Shown here piece after piece: positions 1 through 7,561 of a stretch of 14,010 nt of DNA. Made by a program: the position numbers and the translations under genes. Origin of the DNA: Candidatus Scalinduaceae bacterium. Lineage in GTDB: Bacteria > Planctomycetota > Brocadiia > Brocadiales > Scalinduaceae. Where the stretch lies: positions 1-14,010 of the forward strand of contig JBHICG010000077.1 of NCBI GenBank assembly GCA_046759445.1, given 5' to 3'. Position 1 is the stretch's first letter, and each line of letters opens with the position of its first letter. A model generated the notes under the pieces. That model was not told the origin of the DNA. It did no database searches and was given only the letters and a program-made list of their open reading frames with translations.

Positions 1-117
1 AAATCAGTTATGCCTATGATTATTGAGGCAGTTAAACTTTATGCAACAGTGGGAGAGATATGTAACGCCTTGAAGGAAGTTTTTGGAGAATATAAAGAAT
101 CAGTTAATAGTACTTAA
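1..117 (+). CDS. mcmA1: 3' end (partial) of B12-dependent acyl-CoA mutase large/substrate-binding subunit (methylmalonyl-CoA mutase N-terminal-domain family)
   Basis: Frame +1 reads KSVMPMIIEAVKLYATVGEICNALKEVFGEYKESVNST*, matching the family C-terminal signature (MP.IIEAV..YAT.GEI..AL.EVFGEY). Followed by a cobalamin-binding subunit gene. Symbol is family-level only; substrate not determinable. Confidence 0.88.
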   Translation, partial: KSVMPMIIEAVKLYATVGEICNALKEVFGEYKESVNST

Positions 118-139
118 ATTGAAAGATTCTTATTTAATG

Positions 140-215
140 TTGTCATTCCCGTGGAAACTGGAATCTAGAAAACAGGAAGACTAGATTCCTGCTCAACAGA
201 CTGCAGGAATGACAA
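140..215. repeat. GTCATTCC-type palindromic REP-like element, copy 1
   Basis: 10-bp terminal inverted repeat TTGTCATTCC/GGAATGACAA, inner IR GGAATCTAG/CTAGATTCC and two ATTCC..GGAAT sub-hairpins. Second copy at 11391-11449. Confidence 0.85.
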
Positions 216-329
216 ATTTCTGTACTTAGCAGGTGAGGATAAAATAAAAGAAGAACAAACATTTTTAATGCCTCATGATAATTTCACAGCAAAAATCGAT
301 CAATTTATGTAGTAAAAGTATTTTCAAGA

Positions 330-453
330 TTAACCACAAAGGAACGAAAGCACAAAAAGTTTTAAAAGTAGTGTGCCTGTCTGTCGACAGGCACGCATTG
401 CCCACCCTACTTCTTTATGTTTTTCTTTGCAAACTTTGCGACTTTGCGGTGAA
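330..453. repeat. AACCACAAAG-type inverted-repeat element containing two nested smaller palindromic elements
   Basis: Left arm TTAACCACAAAGGAACGAAAGCACAAAAAG (330-359); right arm CTTTGCAAACTTTGCGACTTTGCGGTGAA (425-453). Inside lies a GTAG...CTAC element (368-410) interrupted by CCTGTCTGTCGACAGGCACG (376-395). Confidence 0.75.
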
Positions 454-481
454 TTGAATTTTTGTGAATTACAAGATTGAT

Positions 482-874
482 ATGAAGGCAAAATTGTTAA
501 TTGGAAAGACCGGCCTGGATGGTCACGATAGAGGTGTAAAGGCTGTTGTTAGGGTCTTAAAAGAAGCTGGTTTTGATGTTGTTTATTCAGGTCTCTATCA
601 GAGTCCTGAAGATTTTGTGAATAAGGCAATCGAGGAAAAAGTAGATGCAATCGGTGTTAGTTGTCTTACCGGAGCACACCATGTGATATTTCGAAAAGTT
701 ATAGACCTCTTGAATGAAAAAGGGATTGGAGACATTCCGGTTTTTGGTGGAGGAACGATCCCGGAAGAGGATATTGGAGAACTGAAAAAGATAGGCGTAA
801 GGGAAGTGTTTCTTCCGGGAGCAACTCTGGAAGAGATAGTAGATTTTGTGAAAAACCTTGTTAAACAGGATTAA
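482..874 (+). CDS. mcmA2: Cobalamin (B12)-binding small subunit of acyl-CoA mutase (methylmalonyl-CoA mutase C-terminal-domain family)
   Basis: KxGLDGHDRG (DxHxxG base-off/His-on motif), G.S.L.GAH, and FGGG.IP motifs. ATG 482 preferred over GTG 464. Symbol is family-level only. Confidence 0.93.
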   Translation: MKAKLLIGKTGLDGHDRGVKAVVRVLKEAGFDVVYSGLYQSPEDFVNKAIEEKVDAIGVSCLTGAHHVIFRKVIDLLNEKGIGDIPVFGGGTIPEEDIGELKKIGVREVFLPGATLEEIVDFVKNLVKQD

Positions 875-907
875 AAAATTATCTTGTATATCCTGTAAAT
901 CATGTCA
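865..907. repeat. ACAGGAT / (ATCCTGTAA)x3 short tandem plus inverted repeat
   Basis: Three imperfect 9-bp units ATCTTGTAT-ATCCTGTAA-ATCATGTCA (881-907), with the complementary ACAGGAT at 865-871. Confidence 0.6.
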
Positions 908-922
908 AAAAAGAATCTAAAA

Positions 923-2206
923 ATGAAAAAAGTATATATAATTTCTGGCGGTATAACTAAATTTGCAAAAGCAAATCCTGAAAAGGACTTCAGGCTCATG
1001 GTTAGGGATGCTTATGATTATGCTCTTTCCCAAGTGCCCAAGTTCAAACCATCAATGATAGACGGTTCTGTAGTGTCTTATTTTTCTGACCACTTTACAC
1101 GACAACTTAAGGCAGGTGCAATGGTTCAGGATTTCCTGGGACTATGCCCAAAACCTTCAAGACGAATAGAAGGTGGCGGAGCTACAGGCGGGCTTTGTAT
1201 ACAAAGTGCGTATGAGGCTATTGCATCCGGCAGGATGAAGGTAACGGTTGCCGCTGGATTTGAGACCATGAGCAGGGTAAATACCTGGAAAGGTAATGAG
1301 TTTATAGCCCTTGCTTCTGATACAAACTACGATTATCCATTAGGTGGTTTCTATACAGGATATTATGCCATGATGGTTGTAAGACATATGCATGAATTTG
1401 GAACCACTCCAGAACAGATGGCCTGCGTATCTATAAAAAACCACAAGAATGCACTCTACAATCCCTTTGCACAACATCCTGCAGACCTGACTATAGAAGA
1501 TGTAAGAAACTCCGAGATGGTCTCATGGCCATTGACGCGACTTGATTGTTGCACTATGAGTGATGGGGCTGCGGTCTGCATCCTGGCGGATGAGGATACT
1601 GCCTTTAAGGTGTGCGAAAATCCCGTCCTCATAAAAGGCGTGGGAACAGGAACTGATTGTATGCGTATGGCTGACAGGCCTCATGGAGATGTTATACTGC
1701 TTCCAAATGAAAAAGAAGATGATTATAAAGAACTCAAGTATCCGGGTGTACATTCTTTCAGGGCGGGAAGAACGGCGGCAAAGATGGCATATGAGCATGC
1801 GGGAATAAGTAATCCATTGGACGAACTTGATTTTATCGAGCTGCATGATGCTTACACATCTTCAGAGATACAGACATACGAAGATTTGGGCTTATGTAAA
1901 TACGGAGAGGGTGGAAGCTTTGTAGAAAAGGGCAAACCTTTTATGGCTGATATTGATTACGGATTGGAACTCCCCGAAAAGGCCGTAATTCCCGTTAATC
2001 CATCAGGCGGGCTACTTGCCTCAGGTCATCCGGTTGGTGCTACAGGCATAATGCAGGCAGTTTTTTCTCTGTGGCAATTACAGGGAACAATTGGAAAACA
2101 TTTTGGGAATGATAAGCTTCAAATAAAAGACGCTAAAAGGGGACTAATCCACAGCCATGCAGGAACAGGAACCTATGTGGCAGTAACTATTTTGGAGAAA
2201 ACTTAA
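923..2206 (+). CDS. Thiolase-fold protein (SCP2/acetyl-CoA acetyltransferase-like) lacking the N-terminal catalytic Cys
   Basis: Motifs KNHKNALYNPFA, PLTRLDCC..SDGAA, ELHDAY, NPSGGLLASGHPVGATG. Nucleophile loop reads IEGGGATGG. ATG 923 (MKKVYII) preferred because ATG 902 lies inside a repeat. Confidence 0.9.
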   Translation: MKKVYIISGGITKFAKANPEKDFRLMVRDAYDYALSQVPKFKPSMIDGSVVSYFSDHFTRQLKAGAMVQDFLGLCPKPSRRIEGGGATGGLCIQSAYEAIASGRMKVTVAAGFETMSRVNTWKGNEFIALASDTNYDYPLGGFYTGYYAMMVVRHMHEFGTTPEQMACVSIKNHKNALYNPFAQHPADLTIEDVRNSEMVSWPLTRLDCCTMSDGAAVCILADEDTAFKVCENPVLIKGVGTGTDCMRMADRPHGDVILLPNEKEDDYKELKYPGVHSFRAGRTAAKMAYEHAGISNPLDELDFIELHDAYTSSEIQTYEDLGLCKYGEGGSFVEKGKPFMADIDYGLELPEKAVIPVNPSGGLLASGHPVGATGIMQAVFSLWQLQGTIGKHFGNDKLQIKDAKRGLIHSHAGTGTYVAVTILEKT

Positions 2207-2686
2207 ATGTCAAAAAAGGTCAAAATACCGGAAACAGAAGAAGGAACAATATTATTTAACACTGATCCCATTATTGCTAAAAATCATTATGAGATAGACT
2301 ACATCCATTCCTATGCCCAGGATTCACCTTTTTTTATCGGGCTGACTAAAGGTGTTCTTTTGGGCAGCGAATGTAAAGAATGTGGATACAAATATGCCAC
2401 TCCACGTAAGCATTGTATGTATTGTGGAAAAGAGACTGCCTGGTTTGAAATGCCTAAAATCGGTAAAATTCATACCTGGACTACCTGTTATTACGGGGGA
2501 GAAGCATTCTTAACAGAGACCCCTTATAATTTAATTCTTGTAGAGTTTGATGGAGTTAATACACTCCTTTTATCAAGGCTTATAGGAATAAAAGAAGATG
2601 AAATAAAGATAGGCATGGATGTTAAGGCAAAATTTTTAAGAAATTCTAAATTCAAGGCTACAGACGTCTATTTTGTACCATTATGA
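2207..2686 (+). CDS. DUF35-family Zn-ribbon + OB-fold protein (thiolase partner)
   Basis: CKEC...PRKHCMYC Zn ribbon, G.I.TWT, PY.LILVEFDG and IKIGMDV.A.F motifs. ATG directly abuts the thiolase stop codon. Confidence 0.92.
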   Translation: MSKKVKIPETEEGTILFNTDPIIAKNHYEIDYIHSYAQDSPFFIGLTKGVLLGSECKECGYKYATPRKHCMYCGKETAWFEMPKIGKIHTWTTCYYGGEAFLTETPYNLILVEFDGVNTLLLSRLIGIKEDEIKIGMDVKAKFLRNSKFKATDVYFVPL

Positions 2687-2726
2687 TTGATACCTTGAGT
2701 TGAGCAATTTGTTTTTGGAATTTATT

Positions 2727-2814
2727 GTAGCCGCAGGCTTTAGCCTGCGATTACTATCATTTATGGGTTTATTAAATATCCTATGAAATTACGCAACCTA
2801 AAGATTACGGCTAC
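2727..2814. repeat. GTAG-family REP doublet (REPIN-like)
   Basis: GTAG+C+CGCAGGCT-TT-AGCCTGCG (2727-2749) and an inverted copy CGCAACCTAAAGATTACGGCTAC (2792-2814), separated by a 42-bp AT-rich spacer. Confidence 0.85.
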
Positions 2815-2872
2815 ATAAATTGTTCAATCTAGGTATTAATAAAGAGAATATCCGGTTGTACAGGTTAATATC

Positions 2873-3709
2873 ATGAAGTCGGTAAATGAGATTAAAAAAA
2901 TAGGCGTTATTGGAGCGGGGACAATGGGCGGAGGGATAGCTCAAGTATTTGCTCTGTATGACTATCCCGTTATCCTTGTTGACACGGGAGAGGCAATACT
3001 TCAAAAAGCATTAGAAAAGTTAAAAGAATTTACAGATCCAGATTTGTGGGATAAGGTATCGAGTCTTATTGTAATCTCTACAGACCTTGAGAAGTTAAAG
3101 GATTGTGATCTTATTATAGAGGCAGTTTTTGAGGACTTATCGGCGAAGAAGGAGGTATTTAAATCCATTAATAGTGTCTGCAACAAAACTGCCATTATTA
3201 CCACAAACACATCATCGATTTCCATCAACAAACTTGCCGCTGGTGTGGCAGACCCTTCCCGTTTTATTGGAATGCATTTTATGAATCCTCCCAAAGTGAT
3301 GAAGCTTGTTGAAATAATCCGAGGCGAAAAAACATCTGAAGAAACAGTGGAGGCTATAACAGAATTGACAAAACGCCTGGATAAAATCCCGGCAGTTGTT
3401 AATGATTCGCCGGGTTTTGTTTCCAATCGTCTTCTCTTCACCCTTATAGGGGAAGCAATAAAACTTTTTGAAAAAGGTGTTGCCACAAAGGAGGATATAG
3501 ATACTGTTATGAAATATGGTATGAATCACCCTATGGGCCCGATAAAACTTGCGGATTTTATAGGACTCGATGTTTGTTTGGATATAATGCAGGTGATTTA
3601 TGATAATTTAAATGATGATAGATACAAACCTTCTCAACTTCTTGAGACACTGGTTAGAGATGGGAAATTAGGCAGAAAAACAGGCGAAGGCTTTTATAAA
3701 TATGCCTAG
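2873..3709 (+). CDS. hbd: 3-hydroxybutyryl-CoA (3-hydroxyacyl-CoA) dehydrogenase
   Basis: GVIGAGTMGGGIA Rossmann motif, IIEAVFE, TNTSSISI, GMHFMNP, PGFVSNR, HPMGP..LADFIGLD, GKLGRKTGEGFYKY. Confidence 0.96.
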   Translation: MKSVNEIKKIGVIGAGTMGGGIAQVFALYDYPVILVDTGEAILQKALEKLKEFTDPDLWDKVSSLIVISTDLEKLKDCDLIIEAVFEDLSAKKEVFKSINSVCNKTAIITTNTSSISINKLAAGVADPSRFIGMHFMNPPKVMKLVEIIRGEKTSEETVEAITELTKRLDKIPAVVNDSPGFVSNRLLFTLIGEAIKLFEKGVATKEDIDTVMKYGMNHPMGPIKLADFIGLDVCLDIMQVIYDNLNDDRYKPSQLLETLVRDGKLGRKTGEGFYKYA

Positions 3710-3754
3710 GTTTGATAAAAACCATAATCCTACTGAAGGCAGGACTTAATTAAT

Positions 3755-4609
3755 ATGAAGATTGGTAAGTATGAATTACACTCGATAGAAACCGGGAGAT
3801 TCGGACTGGACGGAGGAGCTATGTTTGGCATTGTTCCAAAGACATTATGGAGTAAGCTGAATCCATCAGATGATGAAAACAGGATAGATTTAGCCCTTAG
3901 AGCGTTGCTGATTATGGATAACAAACGTAATGTCCTTGTCGACAATGGCATCGGGACTAAATTTTCTGAAAAATATAAAAAAATCTATAAGATTGATCAT
4001 AGTAAATACAATCTGGATTCCTCTTTAAAAAAATACAACCTGGAAACCAGGGACATAACTGACGTAATCTTAACTCACCTTCATTTTGATCATGCGGGAG
4101 GGTCTACCTATAAGGAAGATGGTGAACTTAAGCTTACGTTTCCGAATGCCACATATTATGTACAAAAAGCGAATTATGAATGGGCCTTGACCCCAAATGA
4201 GAAAGAGCGAGGAAGTTATCTTAAAGAAAACTTTATCCCTGTATTAGAAAAAGGAAAACTGCGACTTGTAGAAGGTAAATTTGAGATTATGCCTCATATT
4301 GACGTAATCATATCTAATGGTCATACAACAGGTCTGCAACTTGTAAAGGTATCAGATGAAAAAAATACACTCGTATACTGTGCAGATCTAATTCCTACCA
4401 CATCTCATATTAAGTTACCATATATAATGGGATATGATATTGATCCATTAAAGATCATACAGGAGAAGAAGGAACTATTGTCGAAGGCCTGTAGTGATGG
4501 CTGGATTCTATTCCTTGAACACGATGTAATAACAGAAGCAGTTAAAGTAAAAAAGACAGAAAAGGGATTTGAGGCAGGGGAGAAGGTTTTCTTAGATTCC
4601 CGCATTTGA
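3755..4609 (+). CDS. Metallo-beta-lactamase-fold hydrolase (YtnP-like)
   Basis: LDGGAMFG.VPK.LW, THLHFDHAGG (HxHxDH), GHT.G, ADL.P, MGYD..P and EHD motifs. Confidence 0.92.
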   Translation: MKIGKYELHSIETGRFGLDGGAMFGIVPKTLWSKLNPSDDENRIDLALRALLIMDNKRNVLVDNGIGTKFSEKYKKIYKIDHSKYNLDSSLKKYNLETRDITDVILTHLHFDHAGGSTYKEDGELKLTFPNATYYVQKANYEWALTPNEKERGSYLKENFIPVLEKGKLRLVEGKFEIMPHIDVIISNGHTTGLQLVKVSDEKNTLVYCADLIPTTSHIKLPYIMGYDIDPLKIIQEKKELLSKACSDGWILFLEHDVITEAVKVKKTEKGFEAGEKVFLDSRI

Positions 4610-4646
4610 GACACTTCCTTGAATCCAGCAAAAGAAACAATTCATT

Positions 4647-4673
4647 TGTCAAATGTCAAGATGTTCCCAATTT
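4647..4673 (+). repeat. Direct-repeat copy of the putative RAYT 3'-end motif
   Basis: TGTCAAATGTCAAGATGT-TCCCAATTT versus TGTCAAATGGCGAGATGTGACCCCATTT at 5105-5132 (23/28 identical with one gap). Confidence 0.65.
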
Positions 4674-4692
4674 CTGTCGTCAAAATATTTGA

Positions 4693-5124
4693 TTGACGAT
4701 GAATTACGTTGTTATGGGAAGCAAAAGCTTGCTTAGTTTCATAAGCAAGCCTCATAAAACAGTCGCTGTCCCTATTTTTGAAATCATAAAAAAGTGGATT
4801 GATTTCTCTTCAAAAGAAATAACCGGTATAAAGCCGTTAAGAGTTCGAATTCCAGTTAATAAATATGAACAGCTTGTCTGTAAGGAATTTGAAACAAGTA
4901 AGCAAGACCTGAAGAAACTTACCTACAATAACATCGCAAGAATGTCGATGATTTATCTTGCGTACAATTATTGTGGATTAACATTAAGAGTGCTCGGGCA
5001 AAGGTATGGAGGGATAAGCGATTCTGCTGTTAATAAGGTAGTGAGCCGTTTTAGTACCCGTCTTTCAAAAGACAAAAAACTAAGTGCTAAAATAAGAAAG
5101 ATTGTGTCAAATGGCGAGATGTGA
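4693..5124 (+). pseudogene. 5'-truncated RAYT/IS200-like (Y1 HUH) transposase remnant: C-terminal DnaA-C-like HTH only
   Basis: AR...IYLA...CGLTL..LG..YGGIS.SAV...V.R HTH and an SN.(E/K)M* terminus overlapping AGATGTGACCCC resemble C-termini of RAYT-like transposases. No HUH or catalytic Tyr region and no clear RBS. Carries a probable 45-bp in-frame insertion. Confidence 0.65.
4762..4779 (-). repeat. AATAGGGACA-type site, copy 1
   Basis: Minus strand reads AAAAATAGGGACAGCGAC; similar to 7107-7129 and 8409-8430. Confidence 0.65.
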
Positions 5125-5137
5125 CCCCATTTGATTT

Positions 5138-5791
5138 CTATTTTGCGCCAGTCTTTTTGAGCAGTTGAACTATGTCTGCATGGCCACCTGCCTTTGCGGC
5201 ATCCAAAGCAGTCGAACCATCGCGGCGTTCTGCATTTACAACAACTCCTTTTGCTAGTAACGCCTTTACGACATCACGATGACCTGCAAAAGATGCCATC
5301 ATCAAAGCAGTCATTCCATAGTTGTCCTTTGCGTTTACGTCCGCGCCATGTGCCAATAAAGCTCTTACGATATCACTATAACCATTCCCAGACGCCAAGT
5401 ACAATGCAGTCGTGCCATTGTTTCTTTTTGCGTTTACGTCTGAGCCTTTGAGCAGTAACATTTCTAAAATCTCAGCTTGGTTGCCCATAGATGCTGTGAT
5501 CAAAGCAGTCTCGCCATCATGGTTTTTTGCGTTTACATCCGCGCCTTTTGCCAGCAACACTTTTAGGACATCACTGTGGCCTTTAAAAGAAGCACCCATC
5601 AAAGCAGTCCAGCCCGCTTCATTTTCTTTTGCATTAATGTTCGCCCCTTTCGCTAGTAACGCCTCCACTCGAATAAGATCTCCGCCAGATGCCGCTTTTA
5701 TTAAATCTGTTCCGTCACTTGCATAAGATGGAAGCGACATAAGAAAAACAAACACAACAAGAAATACTGAAGTGATTGCCATGTTTTTCAT
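5138..5791 (-). CDS. Secreted ankyrin-repeat protein (about 6 repeats)
   Basis: Repeated G.TAL..AS..G...V..LL.KGA.VNAK units, N-terminal signal peptide (…SLPSYA), RBS AAGGAGG. Confidence 0.93.
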   Translation of the reverse strand: MKNMAITSVFLVVFVFLMSLPSYASDGTDLIKAASGGDLIRVEALLAKGANINAKENEAGWTALMGASFKGHSDVLKVLLAKGADVNAKNHDGETALITASMGNQAEILEMLLLKGSDVNAKRNNGTTALYLASGNGYSDIVRALLAHGADVNAKDNYGMTALMMASFAGHRDVVKALLAKGVVVNAERRDGSTALDAAKAGGHADIVQLLKKTGAK

Positions 5792-5825
5792 CTTTGAATC
5801 CTCCTTTCGTTGAGCCTAGCTACTA

Positions 5826-6401
5826 TTATTTAATTCGCAAGCTGCTTAGCACAACTTCAAAAATTTCCTTGTTAACCCGATCATACTTGTTTCGATGAAC
5901 GGTAAATGTCCAGATAAACGACTTATTATTCTTAATTAGTAATAGTACCATTTGTCTCAGCTTTGTTTTTCCCCTCTCGTTATCCATCACATATTCGATT
6001 CCTGTTGCGCCGGCCATTTTGGTTATTCGAGCATATATCTTCCGAAACCCCTTATAACGCTGCCGATATTGCTGATCTAATGACCCAATCATGTCTTGTA
6101 ATACTGACTTAGGAATTGTGCCGCTTGGTGCTGGATTGGCTTTAACGAAGAAATTTTCTTCTGGATCGTTGGTATTAGCCACAATGACAATTGCATCAGG
6201 TACATTCCACAGGCCGTGAGTCATTTCTGAAAAAGTTCTATTGCTATACAAGTCCCAGGTGGGGGGATATATAAATGAGAAATCCCATTTACTATTTGAA
6301 TAGCTTTTAGACTTACCCGCCAGTGAATCTTGGCCAAAACCAATGGATGGGATTAGAAATAACAGAATATAGCAACAGCCTATAATTCTTAGGGACTTCA
6401 T
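5826..6401 (-). CDS. Secreted PsbP/DcrB-like protein
   Basis: Signal peptide, YSNSKWDFSFIYP..W N-terminal motif, C-terminal F..VLSSLRI. ATG 6401 preferred over GTG 6410. Fold assigned by eye. Confidence 0.7.
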   Translation of the reverse strand: MKSLRIIGCCYILLFLIPSIGFGQDSLAGKSKSYSNSKWDFSFIYPPTWDLYSNRTFSEMTHGLWNVPDAIVIVANTNDPEENFFVKANPAPSGTIPKSVLQDMIGSLDQQYRQRYKGFRKIYARITKMAGATGIEYVMDNERGKTKLRQMVLLLIKNNKSFIWTFTVHRNKYDRVNKEIFEVVLSSLRIK

Positions 6402-6429
6402 GATAAACACCCCCCTTAAGATTTTTCGG

Positions 6430-6694
6430 TCATGAGGCTAAATTATTGATAGGCAAGATAACAATTATTTGTACTTTTGCTTGCGAAACATCGCAAAAGA
6501 GATGCCCACCTAAAATAATAATGCCAAATATTAGAGCAAGCAGCTTTATTGCATCGCCAAGTGACCTATTTACTGACGAATGTGATCTGGCGGTAATCTG
6601 TTCAACAACGTCTATAGGTACAAATAGCCCAATACATACAAATCAAGATCACACCTACAAAAATCCAAAAACCCCTATTACTGTCATCACTCAT
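6430..6694 (-). pseudogene. Frameshifted small membrane-protein gene
   Basis: ATG 6694 overlaps the upstream stop. Removing a TACA duplication (6633-6640) joins MSDDSNRGFWIFVGVILIC to IGLFVPIDVVEQ...IKLLALIFGIIILG, giving two TM segments. Confidence 0.6.
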
Positions 6695-7067
6695 TTTTTC
6701 GTACGTCAACGCCCTTATTCGCAAACCTATTTTTCAATTTCAATACTAAGTATCCGCCTACAAGAAGCATTGGTCCCCCCGTTACCAATCCCTTAGCATA
6801 ATCTCCATAAACGATTCCGGCCATAATTATACCCACCCCCGCAGGAAGAAATACTATTATGCCTAAAACATATGAGCTTTTCCTTACCTCTCTACCTTTC
6901 TTTTCGAAATTAAGAAAGAAATCAATGGCTGCATAAATCGCCCATCCAAACACTGCAACCCCAAACAAAGCTAAAAATGCTAAACCAAATTTACCTTCTA
7001 CAAATAATTTGAATACATGTAAAACTGCCAATTTAAACCATTCTATCATTTCTGAAATACCGCTCAT
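6687..7067 (-). CDS. Hypothetical membrane protein (3-4 TM segments)
   Basis: 126-aa ORF with hydrophobic segments; RBS GAGGTG. Confidence 0.75.
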   Translation of the reverse strand: MSGISEMIEWFKLAVLHVFKLFVEGKFGLAFLALFGVAVFGWAIYAAIDFFLNFEKKGREVRKSSYVLGIIVFLPAGVGIIMAGIVYGDYAKGLVTGGPMLLVGGYLVLKLKNRFANKGVDVRKNE

Positions 7068-7106
7068 AAGCCATCACCTCTATATTCTTATTGTTACAGG
7101 CGTGGT

Positions 7107-7158
7107 AAATAGGGACACCAATCCCTATTCGTTTCCCAAATGCCTGTCCATGTTTATT
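7107..7158. repeat. AATAGGGACA-type hairpin plus an inverted degenerate partner
   Basis: AATAGGGA-CACCAA-TCCCTATT hairpin (7108-7129); minus-strand AATAAACATGGACAGGCA (7141-7158) facing it. Confidence 0.6.
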
Positions 7159-7168
7159 AAGGCACAAC

Positions 7169-7525
7169 CTATATGAGACTGAAAATTGGTGTGTACATTT
7201 CCAAAGCTACCGCAATTAGTATACCAGGAACAAAACCAGCAATTGTCCATCCAGCAGAATAATTTTTCCCTCTAAAACATTTTAATTTACATAAAAGCTG
7301 TACTATTATATCGGCTACTAAAAAAACAAATACTATAGCCATGAAACCTATTCCAATTCTAACCTTATGTGAACTCATTATCTCAATACCAAATAATGTA
7401 TAAATTCGAAAAGAATATAATATTATGGTAATAAAAATAATGCCTAATATAATACCTAAAAGCAGACTTAACATTATTGATTCTTGAGCATTATGATTTT
7501 GTGCGTTATCGCTTGGTTTTGACAT
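7169..7525 (-). CDS. Hypothetical membrane protein (3 TM segments)
   Basis: 118-aa hydrophobic ORF; RBS GGGAGG. Confidence 0.75.
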   Translation of the reverse strand: MSKPSDNAQNHNAQESIMLSLLLGIILGIIFITIILYSFRIYTLFGIEIMSSHKVRIGIGFMAIVFVFLVADIIVQLLCKLKCFRGKNYSAGWTIAGFVPGILIAVALEMYTPIFSLI

Positions 7526-7561
7526 GTAAGCAGCCTCCCTTTCTATGAAATATTATCAGAA

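Noticed and set aside
275..457. 60-aa + strand ORF
   Set aside because: Mostly made of the nested repeat elements; no recognisable protein features.
1523..4614. Antisense ORFs (1523-1846, 2798-3004, 3001-3486, 3212-3529, 3730-3951, 4405-4614)
   Set aside because: Shadows of well-supported + strand enzymes.
4693..5124. dnaA gene
   Set aside because: Only a DnaA-C-like HTH; no AAA+ domain or origin context. A transposase C-terminus fits better.
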